From Candidatus Obscuribacterales bacterium (GTDB taxonomy: Bacteria; Cyanobacteriota; Vampirovibrionia; Obscuribacterales; Obscuribacteraceae), in the NCBI GenBank assembly GCA_965228855.1, contig CBDDIJ010000003.1, positions 576,001 to 640,000 of the forward strand: 64,000 bases of DNA, read 5' to 3'. The translations under genes were made by a program, and so were the position numbers. The notes below the pieces were generated by a model, which had not been told where the DNA came from, searched no databases, and saw nothing but the letters and a program-made list of their open reading frames with translations. Shown here piece by piece: positions 50,899 through 60,258 of the stretch. Positions within the stretch are counted from its first letter, which is position 1. Every line of letters begins with the position of its first letter.

Positions 50899-52125
50899 TT
50901 ATTTCCCGTACGCGCCGTTGATTCGGACGTAGTCGTAGCTAAGGTCGCAGCCCCAGGCTGTCGCTTCGGAAAGTCCGCCGGATTTTAAGTCGATTCCGAT
51001 GCGGATATCTTTCTCGCTGAGAACCTTTTGTGCGTCAGCCGGTTCAACGATAAGAGGTTGACCGTTTGCCATGAGCGGAAGCTGCCCGCCATCGCTGGCA
51101 AACCAGATTGACAATTTTGCCGGGTCGAATTGAACTCCTCCGCGACCGAGGGCTGCGATGATTCTTCCCCAGTTGGCGTCTTCGCCGAACATTGCGGTTT
51201 TAACGAGACTGGATGACACGACGCATTTAGCGAGTTTTTGTGCATCTTCTCTGGATTCACTGCCGACGATGGAAACTTCAACGAACTTGGTTGCGCCTTC
51301 GCCGTCTCTAGCGACGAGTTTCGCCAGATGCGTATTCACCGTATGTAGTGCGTGGGCAAAGATTTTGTAACCTTCGTCATCTGCGCTTTCGATCAGCTCG
51401 TTGCCGGCGAGTCCGTTGGCGAACACGAGCGCCATGTCATTGGTGCTGGTATCACCGTCGACCGAGATCATGTTGTATGTCGTGGATACACTTTCCTTCA
51501 TCGCTTTCGAGAGGAGCTCTTGGGTGATGTTCAGGTCGGTTGTGACGAACGCAAGCATGGTCGCCATGTTGGGATGCACCATCCCGGAGCCTTTAGCCAT
51601 ACCGCCTATCATGACGGTTGTTCCGCCGATCTCCAGTTCGAATGCGATCTCTTTTGTGAAAACATCTGTTGTACGGATTGCTTCAGCGCAAGCCGTTCCC
51701 ATCGCCTCTGTGTTGTCGAGTAAACCGGCAACTACAGGGATGCCAGCCTTGATCTTGTCGATTGGCAGCTGCACGCCGATGTATCCGGTTGATGCGACGC
51801 AGACGTGTTCCGGTTCACAGCCGAGCGCTTCAGCTGTGGCTTCCGCCATGGCTACGCAGTTGACATAACCCTCTTCGCCTGTGCAGGAATTTGCATGACC
51901 ACTGTTTATGACGACCGCCTTAATAGGAGTACCGGCGGTCGCAACTTTTTGCGACCAGACTACGGGAGCACCTTTCACGACGTTGGTTGTGAAGACACCA
52001 GCTACGGTGGCTGGAACTTCGCTCATCAGGATTGCCAGGTCTTTGCGCTTGCGCTTGAGCCCTACGTGTTCGCCGGCAGCTTTGAACCCTTTGGGAACAG
52101 TAACTCCACCAACTACTTTCTTCAT
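50899..52125 (-). CDS. argJ: Ornithine acetyltransferase / N-acetylglutamate synthase
   Basis: KGSGMVHPNMATML autocleavage motif, DGDTSTND, DGEGATK, NWGRI, WGCDLSYDYVRIN. Confidence 0.97.
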   Translation of the reverse strand: MKKVVGGVTVPKGFKAAGEHVGLKRKRKDLAILMSEVPATVAGVFTTNVVKGAPVVWSQKVATAGTPIKAVVINSGHANSCTGEEGYVNCVAMAEATAEALGCEPEHVCVASTGYIGVQLPIDKIKAGIPVVAGLLDNTEAMGTACAEAIRTTDVFTKEIAFELEIGGTTVMIGGMAKGSGMVHPNMATMLAFVTTDLNITQELLSKAMKESVSTTYNMISVDGDTSTNDMALVFANGLAGNELIESADDEGYKIFAHALHTVNTHLAKLVARDGEGATKFVEVSIVGSESREDAQKLAKCVVSSSLVKTAMFGEDANWGRIIAALGRGGVQFDPAKLSIWFASDGGQLPLMANGQPLIVEPADAQKVLSEKDIRIGIDLKSGGLSEATAWGCDLSYDYVRINGAYGK

Positions 52126-52159
52126 TTCGACCTTACCTCCAGATGAGCTTCGTGCTCTG

Positions 52160-53254
52160 TTATAAAAACGTTGGGACTTGATTTAAACCTTTGGTCTCGT
52201 CTATTCCGAGAATGATGTTCATGTTCTGAATTGCTTGACCTGCTGCGCCTTTTATTAGATTGTCGATAGCGCTGACGACCACAATTCGGTTGCTTCGCCT
52301 ATCTACTGCAAAACCGATATCGCAGTAGTTGGAGCCTTTGACCCATCGAGTCTCCGGCATGCCTTTGCCCGGCGGTTTCATTCGGATAAACGGTTCTCCT
52401 TCGTAAACTTCGTTATATGCAGCCATCACTTCGTCGTCGGAGACTGGCTTGGTGAGGGTTCCATAAGCCGTGAGCAGAATTCCTCTGTGCATTGGAACCA
52501 GATGAGCTGCGAATGTGGTGACCACTTCATCGTTCGTAAACTTCGAAAGAGTTTCTTCGATTTCGGGTGTGTGTCTATGAGTCGGAAGTTGATAAGCCTT
52601 CATCGATTCATTGCACTCATTGAAGTGCGTCTTCAGGCTGGCAGCTCTGCCTGCGCCCGATACTCCCGACTTGCCGTCGATGATGATGCTGCTCGGAGCG
52701 ATTAGACCGGCTTTAACAAGCGGGGCGAGTGCCAGAATTGCCGCGGTAGCGTAACAGCCAGGATTGGCAATGAACTTGGAGCCTTGAATAGCGGCTTTGT
52801 TGAGTTCGCATATTCCGTAAACGGCTGTATTTTTATTCGCACCAGCGGCGGAACCGTACCACTCGGATTTGACCTCTGGATTCTCTATTCTGAAGTCGCC
52901 GCTCAGGTCGATGACTTTGGTTTTTGCCAAAACCGTTTCGCTTACTACAGAGGCGGCGATACCGTGCGGCAGCGCCAGGAACAACACATCCGATTGCGAA
53001 GCAAGCGCCTCCAGATCGACTGCGCAAAAGGTTTTGCTCAAAAGACCAGAGAAGCCGGGAAAAATGTCTTCGAAGTTTTCGCCTTCGTTACTGTTGGATG
53101 CGACGGCGGTGATTTCCACTTCAGGATGCTGAAGGAGCAGTTTGATCAACTCCTGACCGACATAACCGGTAGCACCTGCGATGGCTACTTTGGTCTTGGT
53201 TTTTGTCGCCGAATCCTGGCAGTTTTGCGAAATCGGTTTTTCTAAGGTGTACAT
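52160..53254 (-). CDS. argC: N-acetyl-gamma-glutamyl-phosphate reductase
   Basis: GATGYVG, IANPGCY, SGVSGAGR, HRHTPEI, DNLIKGAAGQA; AGGAG RBS before ATG 53254. Confidence 0.97.
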   Translation of the reverse strand: MYTLEKPISQNCQDSATKTKTKVAIAGATGYVGQELIKLLLQHPEVEITAVASNSNEGENFEDIFPGFSGLLSKTFCAVDLEALASQSDVLFLALPHGIAASVVSETVLAKTKVIDLSGDFRIENPEVKSEWYGSAAGANKNTAVYGICELNKAAIQGSKFIANPGCYATAAILALAPLVKAGLIAPSSIIIDGKSGVSGAGRAASLKTHFNECNESMKAYQLPTHRHTPEIEETLSKFTNDEVVTTFAAHLVPMHRGILLTAYGTLTKPVSDDEVMAAYNEVYEGEPFIRMKPPGKGMPETRWVKGSNYCDIGFAVDRRSNRIVVVSAIDNLIKGAAGQAIQNMNIILGIDETKGLNQVPTFL

Positions 53255-53415
53255 TGCTGTGCTCCTGAAGTGCGTTTCAAGAGAAGAGGTTTCCGCCGCT
53301 GCATATAAATGATGCAGAACGTTCTCTTCGTCTACGACGTTCAAAGAAAACTCGTATGCTCAAATAGACCTGAACATCGGCTTTCTAAACTCTGGCTATT
53401 CGTTGGTTGAAGCGA

Positions 53416-53889
53416 TCAACCTAGAAGTGATTCGAGATCCTTAACTACCTTCTTGGCTGTTACGTCTCGTTTGACGACCATGAGAATTGTGTTGTCTCCT
53501 GCCACGGTCCCTAGCAGCTGGCTCAGTTCGAGGCGATCGATTGCCTCTGCCACATGAGATGCTGCGCCGCTGTCAGTGATGATTACAACTGTATTCCCTG
53601 ACCAATCGATGTTTCTTACAAAGCGTTTTACGCTCGCAAGCGACGCATGCATCGCAGGCTTCGTCGTCGTCGACGGTTCGATATTTTGACGACTGGCATA
53701 GCGATAGCGTCCTCCGCTTGCGATCTTTACTAGACCCAGCTCCCGAATGTCCCTCGATAGTGTCGCCTGAGTTACGCGAACCCCTATCCTTTTTAGAGCC
53801 TTTTCTAAATCCGTCTGAGTTCCAATTTCCTGGTTTTCAACGAGGTCTAGAATTTTTCGGTGCCGTTCTTCTCTTGTTTGCATAATCAT
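53416..53889 (-). CDS. argR: Arginine repressor
   Basis: TQ..L...L...G..VTQATLSRDIRELG, GTVAGDNTI; start ATG 53889 or 53883. Confidence 0.95.
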   Translation of the reverse strand: MIMQTREERHRKILDLVENQEIGTQTDLEKALKRIGVRVTQATLSRDIRELGLVKIASGGRYRYASRQNIEPSTTTKPAMHASLASVKRFVRNIDWSGNTVVIITDSGAASHVAEAIDRLELSQLLGTVAGDNTILMVVKRDVTAKKVVKDLESLLG

Positions 53890-53915
53890 ACATTCCCTCT
53901 GAATAATTATGCACA
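53877..53915. promoter_or_regulatory. Tandem ARG boxes (ArgR operator) overlapping the argR RBS and start
   Basis: ttTGCATAATCATACAtt (53877-53894), 3-nt spacer, tcTGAATAATTATGCAca (53898-53915); matches the canonical 18-3-18 ARG-box arrangement. Confidence 0.85.
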
Positions 53916-54137
53916 ACCTGAAGCTCTATGTAACCAAAATGTAACGCGAAAGTTGCCTGCCTGCCGGTTTTGAGTCCAGTACGCGCCCTGCGATGGCTTT
54001 GGGTCTTTTCTTTACCCCTCCATCCCGGTTTGCTGGCTTTCAAATAGCCAACTCTTATATACAATGTCTGCATGCATTGTGACCGGTGTCTGGCGAGGTT
54101 TGGCTTGCCGTCTAACCTCCCCGTATGGGTATGAATC

Positions 54138-57100
54138 TTGCCTGTAAATTTGAGCGATATTAAAAAGGCTTTTCTGGGCTATTTTGACGATTGGACGCTG
54201 GCGAAAGGGCGGAGTTATGTCGCCGGTCAGAAAGTCCTGGATATGCGAAACCGTCGCGAAGATGAAATCGAAGGCAGAGTTTCGGGCTCGATGGGGCAAA
54301 AATACCTCACCAGACTTTACCTAGACCATTTTGGATGCAAATTGATAGAAACCGATTGCAGTTGTCCGGTTGGGATTGACTGCAAGCACGCTGCCGCTGT
54401 TTATATCAAACACATTGAGCAGGTCCCGCTTCCTGCTTTGTATGCGTCGTTGAATGAGAATCCCGATCTCCTCTATTCTTCGCCCACATCGAAGGTGTCC
54501 AGTTTCGAAGCACCGCCGGCGGTAGCAAGCGAAAGTGATATTGACCCGGCAATGTTGCCGTTGCCCTCCGAAATATCGAATAGCTTCAAGGAATTTGCTC
54601 AGTCGATTGCTCCTCAGAGAGAGGCGCGAGTAGAACGGAAGACGGCGCCGACATCGAAATTGGTCTATCTTATTGGACTTGAAGCCGTAAAGGGAGAGCC
54701 CAAGATAGAGATTCGTTCCGTTAGCATCTCTAAAGCCGGCACCCTCTCGAAGGGAACAAAAATTTCCCCTGATAAGCTCCTCAGTAATCCGCCCATTCAA
54801 GCGCTTGACGAAGATCTGGAAATTATTCGCTTCTGGTTTTCGATTTCGAAGTCGATGTATTATTGGAACGGGAATTACTCATTAATCGATGCCGATTCCA
54901 ATTTAGTGCAGCTTTTGATGACTAAGATTCTTGCCACCAATCGCTGTTTCTTCAACGCGGCGGGTTCCAATCCTCTGCAACTTGGCCCTGAACTCCCAGG
55001 CGAACTTTCGTGGGAAGAACATCAGCCCCAATTTTTTCGTCTTGGTCTTGTCGCCAGGGATGGTGACAACGTCTACAAGTGTATGCGCTCGAGCGCATTG
55101 CCATGGTATATCGATGAAGAGAAGTCTCTATGCGGGCCTGTAAGTGCTCCCTTCGATCCCAAAAAGTTGAAACCACTTCTAGACATGCGTAATCTAACCC
55201 TTGACGAAGCGCAACGCTTGCCGCTTCTTCTCAATAATCTGGCACTTTCTAATTTGATTCCGATGCCGGATGTGCCGAACCGTGTGAACTTGCGTGTATT
55301 AAACGTGGGTCCTACGCTTGAGATTCAAACTCAGAGATCCTTGCGTCCAGTCGTACTGCCGGATCAGCGTATAATTCCAGCTGGCGAAGAGATTAGAACT
55401 CTCACGATATCCACGCATTCAGATTCTAATGGTATGCCTTATCGCGACGAGTCCGGCCAATTGATCGTGTCGCGAACAGCAGCATTCGAAACTGAAAGAG
55501 CTCGATTGATTCTGGCGAAGCTCGGTTTCGGTGAGCTGCCGCCGGCAGTTTTTGGTGAAATTCGTTCAGACAAACTCTCCTTCATGGCGCCAAACCCGGC
55601 GTCCTGGTCTCATTTTTCATCTGAAGGTTTGGATAAGCTTCGCGAGATTGGTTGGAACATTTCTGAGGAGATGGAAACGGCATGTCAGCCGGTAGAAATC
55701 GAAGATGAGGCTTTTGATTTTGAACTGAGCGGCGAAGATAATTGGTGGTTCTCGCTGGCTCTGGACATCGATGTAAACGGTAAGACCGTTTCGCTTTTGC
55801 CGGTGTTGGTTTCGGCTATCAGAAAGCTGAGCAGTTCCGAATCTATCGGTGATTCAATCGATACTCTGAGTCAAAATGGAAGATTTATTGGGCACCTTAG
55901 TGATGGCACCATGATCAGCATTCCGTTTGAACGAATCAGATCAATACTTATATCGATCAAGGAGTTGATCGAAAAAGGTCTTGATCCAAACGGTGAGTTA
56001 CCGGCTGTCGATGCTGCAGATGTATTTTCTGATGAAACCCTTTCGCGCAATCGTTTCATTGGCTCTGCAAAGATAATCAGATTGGTTCAGATGTTAACGG
56101 CGCTGAAACAAATTCAAACAGTCGCGGCTCCCGAGAATTTTAAAACTACTCTGAGACCTTATCAATTGGAAGGTCTCAGTTGGTTGCAGTTCCTCGCCGA
56201 GCAAGAATTCGCCGGAATCTTGGCGGACGATATGGGACTGGGAAAAACGATCCAGTTGCTCGCGCATATTTGTCTGGAAAAAGAAGGCGGACGGCTGAAA
56301 TCACCATATCTGGTGCTTTGCCCCACAAGCGTTTTACCGAACTGGTTGTCTGAAGCCGAAAAGTTTGCGCCACATTTGAACGTGGTTTCATTCCACGGTC
56401 TCGCGCGCCATGCAAACTTGGAGAGAATTCAGAATGCGGATCTTGTGGTCACCACTTATCCGCTATTGTCTCGTGATCTATCCATCTTTTCCAATGTGAC
56501 ATGGCACGGAGTGGCTCTTGATGAGGCTCAGGCTATAAAGAATTACAAGACAAAAATGGCTCAGGCTGCCCGTTCGCTCAAAGCTAATCACCGCTTCTGT
56601 CTTACCGGTACTCCAGTCGAAAATCATCTTGGTGAATTATGGTCGCAATTCCAATTTCTACTCCCTGGTCTTCTGGGTGACTCTAATACATTTAAAAATG
56701 TCTTTCGCGATCCTATTGAAAAAATCGGTGATGTTCACCGCCGCAAGATGCTGGCGCGTCGCGTAAAACCGTTTATCATGCGCCGGACCAAACAGGAAGT
56801 TGCTCAAGAACTCCCGGATAAAACAGTGATAGTCCAAAACATAGAGCTTGAGGGAGATCAAAGAGATCTGTACGAAACTGTCCGCCTTGCTTCAGTTAAG
56901 CAAGTTCGAGAAGAGATTGCGAAGAAAGGTTTCAAACACAGTCAGATTATGATTTTGGATGCATTGCTCAAAATGCGACAGGTCTGCTGTGATCCAAGAC
57001 TTGTTAAACTCAGCGCGGCAGCTACGGTTACGTCCACTGCAAAACTGGACGCTCTGATTGAGATGCTGGAGCAGCAAATCGAGGAGGGGCACAAAGTTCT

Positions 57101-57548
57101 TGTGTTCTCACAATTTACCAGTATGCTCGAACTCATCGAAGCGCGATTGCGGCAGAGTAAGCTCTCGTACGTAAAGTTGACAGGTGAAACCAAGGACCGC
57201 GCTAAGCCGGTGAAAGAGTTTCAGGAAGGTTCAACTCCAATATTCTTGATCAGCTTAAAGGCCGGTGGTACCGGTCTAAACCTTACGCAGGCTGACGTCG
57301 TAATTCACTACGACCCCTGGTGGAATCCAGCGGTCGAGGAGCAGGCTACGGACCGAGCTCACCGTATCGGTCAGACGAAAAAGGTTTTTGTATATAAATT
57401 GATTGCAAAAGGCACCATCGAACAGCGTATGGTCGAGATGCAAGAACGCAAGCGTTCTATTGCATCCAGTGTGTACGACGAGGACGGAAATTTCAATTTG
57501 AAATTCACCGAGCAAGACCTCGAAGCACTTCTGTTACCGATAGATTAA
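54138..57548 (+). CDS. SWIM zinc finger plus SNF2-family helicase
   Basis: CSCPVGIDCKH (SWIM); LRPYQ, LADDMGLGKT, DEAQ, LTGTPVEN, VFSQF, SLKAGGTGLNL, QATDRAHRIGQ. Confidence 0.96.
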   Translation: MPVNLSDIKKAFLGYFDDWTLAKGRSYVAGQKVLDMRNRREDEIEGRVSGSMGQKYLTRLYLDHFGCKLIETDCSCPVGIDCKHAAAVYIKHIEQVPLPALYASLNENPDLLYSSPTSKVSSFEAPPAVASESDIDPAMLPLPSEISNSFKEFAQSIAPQREARVERKTAPTSKLVYLIGLEAVKGEPKIEIRSVSISKAGTLSKGTKISPDKLLSNPPIQALDEDLEIIRFWFSISKSMYYWNGNYSLIDADSNLVQLLMTKILATNRCFFNAAGSNPLQLGPELPGELSWEEHQPQFFRLGLVARDGDNVYKCMRSSALPWYIDEEKSLCGPVSAPFDPKKLKPLLDMRNLTLDEAQRLPLLLNNLALSNLIPMPDVPNRVNLRVLNVGPTLEIQTQRSLRPVVLPDQRIIPAGEEIRTLTISTHSDSNGMPYRDESGQLIVSRTAAFETERARLILAKLGFGELPPAVFGEIRSDKLSFMAPNPASWSHFSSEGLDKLREIGWNISEEMETACQPVEIEDEAFDFELSGEDNWWFSLALDIDVNGKTVSLLPVLVSAIRKLSSSESIGDSIDTLSQNGRFIGHLSDGTMISIPFERIRSILISIKELIEKGLDPNGELPAVDAADVFSDETLSRNRFIGSAKIIRLVQMLTALKQIQTVAAPENFKTTLRPYQLEGLSWLQFLAEQEFAGILADDMGLGKTIQLLAHICLEKEGGRLKSPYLVLCPTSVLPNWLSEAEKFAPHLNVVSFHGLARHANLERIQNADLVVTTYPLLSRDLSIFSNVTWHGVALDEAQAIKNYKTKMAQAARSLKANHRFCLTGTPVENHLGELWSQFQFLLPGLLGDSNTFKNVFRDPIEKIGDVHRRKMLARRVKPFIMRRTKQEVAQELPDKTVIVQNIELEGDQRDLYETVRLASVKQVREEIAKKGFKHSQIMILDALLKMRQVCCDPRLVKLSAAATVTSTAKLDALIEMLEQQIEEGHKVLVFSQFTSMLELIEARLRQSKLSYVKLTGETKDRAKPVKEFQEGSTPIFLISLKAGGTGLNLTQADVVIHYDPWWNPAVEEQATDRAHRIGQTKKVFVYKLIAKGTIEQRMVEMQERKRSIASSVYDEDGNFNLKFTEQDLEALLLPID

Positions 57549-57570
57549 GACTGCGAAATCGTCGGCTAAG

Positions 57571-57774
57571 TTAGCCCGCCAGCAAGCGGCGCCTGCTGTA
57601 AGCTCTGCCTTTTGCCCACTGGTTTCTATAAAACTGAATGTTTTGATCTGGCGTGTCTAATTCTTTCAGTGATTCCAACCAGCTTGCGGAATGGCGAAGT
57701 TTTGGAAAGTAATGCGCGATGCGTGCAACGTTGGCTCGCGTATTGTTGAGTAAATTGGAACTCAAGTTATTCAT
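57571..57774 (-). CDS. Small hypothetical protein
   Basis: 67-aa ORF with a GGAG RBS-like sequence. Confidence 0.4.
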   Translation of the reverse strand: MNNLSSNLLNNTRANVARIAHYFPKLRHSASWLESLKELDTPDQNIQFYRNQWAKGRAYSRRRLLAG

Positions 57775-58146
57775 TATAAGGATTCTCCATGCTCTATAGA
57801 ATCAAGCGCTGGGCGCTTCGCTCGGCTCAACCAGAAAGACGGCAAGGTTGGCTGAGTCCCATGCTTTTCCATCTTGACCGAAACTCGAGATTGTCGCGTC
57901 CTCCTCCAGGGTTACGAGGCTCCCTCGAAAGTGTCATTTTCAGCGGTGATTGGCAAAATACTGCAAATGGGTTACCCCGTATGAGTCACCCATTCTGTTT
58001 CATGTCTCTTCCGGTTTGTAATTGCGCCGAGGGCTAGTTTCGGATAAGGCGATCATCCTTTTGGTTCAATTGCAATAAGCATTTTGAACGAAGAGGCTTT
58101 GCCGCGGTGATGCAAGAATTGATGCAGAACCGTAGGAGAGCGTGTT

Positions 58147-58641
58147 ATGAAAATTGTGGTTGCAGTTGATGATTCAGATTGTTCTCAATATTCAATTGAT
58201 TACATTTTGAAACGTGCTTGGAGCACCGATACTGAGTTTCTGGTTCTGAACGTCGTCGAACCAATTCCAGTAGAGGTGGGTGTCGGTTATATGCCACCGC
58301 CTAGTGGTGAGATAGAGCAGCGTTTTTATGACGAAAGTGCTGAAATGGTCGCAAAGGCTGCCGCACTTCTCCGCGACAAATTCCCTGAGCTAAAGGTTGA
58401 TGTTAAAGTAGCGACTGGTCTGGCAGCTGAAACTATTTGCAATGTTGCCTCTGCTTTTGATGCGGATCTGATACTAATGGGATCGCACGGTCGCAAAGGA
58501 ATCAGCCACTTTTTCTTGGGAAGCGTCGCTGAAGAGGTTTTGAAAAAATCTTCTTGTTCCGTCGAGGTCATTAAACGCAAAACCTCGAAGACTGTGACCA
58601 AGAGCGAAGATAAGAAGGAAAAGACGGGAGCATCTAAGTGA
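58147..58641 (+). CDS. Universal stress protein (USP)
   Basis: MKIVVAVDDS...DLILMGSHGRKGISHFFLGSVAEEVLK; AGGAG RBS. Confidence 0.94.
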   Translation: MKIVVAVDDSDCSQYSIDYILKRAWSTDTEFLVLNVVEPIPVEVGVGYMPPPSGEIEQRFYDESAEMVAKAAALLRDKFPELKVDVKVATGLAAETICNVASAFDADLILMGSHGRKGISHFFLGSVAEEVLKKSSCSVEVIKRKTSKTVTKSEDKKEKTGASK

Positions 58642-59123
58642 GAATTATTCAGCCAGTTCGCGTGACACTAGGAGTGGTGACAACTCTTTTCGTGCTATCC
58701 AACGGCGCCTTTGCTAAACCGGCGGCTAAAAATGAGACGGTGAAGCAGGGTTCTGGTGGCGCCGTTCCGAAGAAGGTCAAGACCGAGAAGTCGGAAAACA
58801 GTTCCAAGACTTTGTCTGCTCAGACTGCCTCGTCCAAGGGGCGCAGGTTGTTCGAGTCCCATTGCGCTTCGTGTCATGCGGGCGGGGGGAATTTAGTGGT
58901 TCCGAAAAAGCCTGTAATCGGCTCTCAAGTGCTGGTTACCGGCGCTACGTTCAAGAGCTATCTTAATCAGCCCGTCGGAACCATGCCTCACTACGAGGAC
59001 CTCATCCGGGATGATGGTCTGTTGACCGAGCTATATACTTACGTCAAGTCGATGAAAGCGGCTTCTGTCGAGCAGAAGAATCAAACCGTTGTCGATAAGA
59101 AACAACCGCTTAAGCAAAAGTAG
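58638..59123 (+). CDS. Exported class I c-type cytochrome, cytochrome c6-like
   Basis: Signal peptide; G..LF...CASCHAGGGN.V.P.K heme motif; GTMP axial Met; GTGA overlap with the USP gene. Confidence 0.85.
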   Translation: MRIIQPVRVTLGVVTTLFVLSNGAFAKPAAKNETVKQGSGGAVPKKVKTEKSENSSKTLSAQTASSKGRRLFESHCASCHAGGGNLVVPKKPVIGSQVLVTGATFKSYLNQPVGTMPHYEDLIRDDGLLTELYTYVKSMKAASVEQKNQTVVDKKQPLKQK

Positions 59124-59207
59124 TCGGACTGAGCATTACTGCAATGTCGTAAGCGGCGGGACCAGCGCTGAAAAATTTCTTCCTGGAATCATCCTTTAGG
59201 ATGATTC

Positions 59208-60242
59208 CTAACAAATTCTGGGAAGTTGGTCTCCCGTCAGTTTATCGATAAGGCGTCTTCCGCCGATTGCCGTTCGACTGATGACTTTATTCTTGTCAGT
59301 TTCGGTGATTTTACCGATCACGACTGCATCCCTACCGGGAGCGTGTGTTTTTAGGGTTTGAACGACCTCGTCCGCTATACTCGGCTCAACGATGCAGATA
59401 AAGCGACCTTCGCAGGCTACATACAAAGGGTCGAGTCCGAGCAACTCGCATGCTCCGCGAACCTCCGGACAGATCGGAATATCGGAATCGTTAATCTCGA
59501 TTCCGACCGCGGAAGCTCCCGCAATTTCAGAGAGTATGGAGGCCAGACCTCCCCGGGTTACGTCCCTCATGACGTGAATGCCTGGTGCATATTTTGCTAG
59601 TTCGAGTGCGGCAAAGGTCAGGCATGTACTATCGCTGAGTAGTTCCGATTCGATCTCCAGATTTTCACGAGCGCACATGACTGCTATACCATGCCGTCCG
59701 ATATCTCCACTAACTATGAGGATATCTCCAGGCTTTGCACGTGATACTGCAGGTGGTGATTCGACTAGTATTGAACCGATGCCGGTCGTATTGATGTATA
59801 CGCCGTCACCGGCCCCTTTGTTCACAACCTTAGTGTCCGCTGCAACGGTGACAACCTGAGCCTGTCTACATGCTTCCGCGAAAGACTCCACTATGCTTTC
59901 CAGGTCTTTAATCAAAAATCCTTCTTCGATGATGAACGCTGCCGTCAAAAATTTTGGTCTTGCCAGGCGCATGGCAAGGTCGTTTACAGTGCCGTGTACA
60001 GCGAGAGAACCGATATTGCCGCCCGGAAAAAATATGGGTTTAACTACGAATGAATCGGTGGAAATTGCTACTCTATTGCTGTCGTTCTCGACCAAGACAG
60101 CGTCCTCTAAGTCGTTCAAAATCTTGTTTCCCAGGTGGGGCAAGAATATTCGCTCGATTAACTGTTCTGACAAACGTCCACCACTGCCGTGTCCCAGGCG
60201 GATAACATCATCAGGCTGAAATGGGATACCGCAAGACTTCAT
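59208..60242 (-). CDS. hypE: Hydrogenase maturation carbamoyl dehydratase HypE
   Basis: HGSGG, TDSFVV.P.FFPGG.IG.LAV.GTVNDLAM, DTKVV, C-terminal LPRIC. Confidence 0.97.
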   Translation of the reverse strand: MKSCGIPFQPDDVIRLGHGSGGRLSEQLIERIFLPHLGNKILNDLEDAVLVENDSNRVAISTDSFVVKPIFFPGGNIGSLAVHGTVNDLAMRLARPKFLTAAFIIEEGFLIKDLESIVESFAEACRQAQVVTVAADTKVVNKGAGDGVYINTTGIGSILVESPPAVSRAKPGDILIVSGDIGRHGIAVMCARENLEIESELLSDSTCLTFAALELAKYAPGIHVMRDVTRGGLASILSEIAGASAVGIEINDSDIPICPEVRGACELLGLDPLYVACEGRFICIVEPSIADEVVQTLKTHAPGRDAVVIGKITETDKNKVISRTAIGGRRLIDKLTGDQLPRIC

Positions 60243-60258
60243 GTCGGTTTAAACATCC

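Noticed and set aside
53299..53317. TGCAT-N7-ATGCA before argC as an extra ARG box
   Set aside because: Half-site spacing is 7 rather than 4.
53960..54040. Resemblance to a c-di-GMP-I riboswitch (GCAAACC...CAAAGCC)
   Set aside because: It lacks the GNRA-capped P2 and receptor P3 arrangement; kept only as an unassigned structure.
54138..57548. SNF2 helicase as an anti-phage system
   Set aside because: Typical stand-alone SWIM-SNF2 with no nuclease, methylase or other defence partners adjacent.
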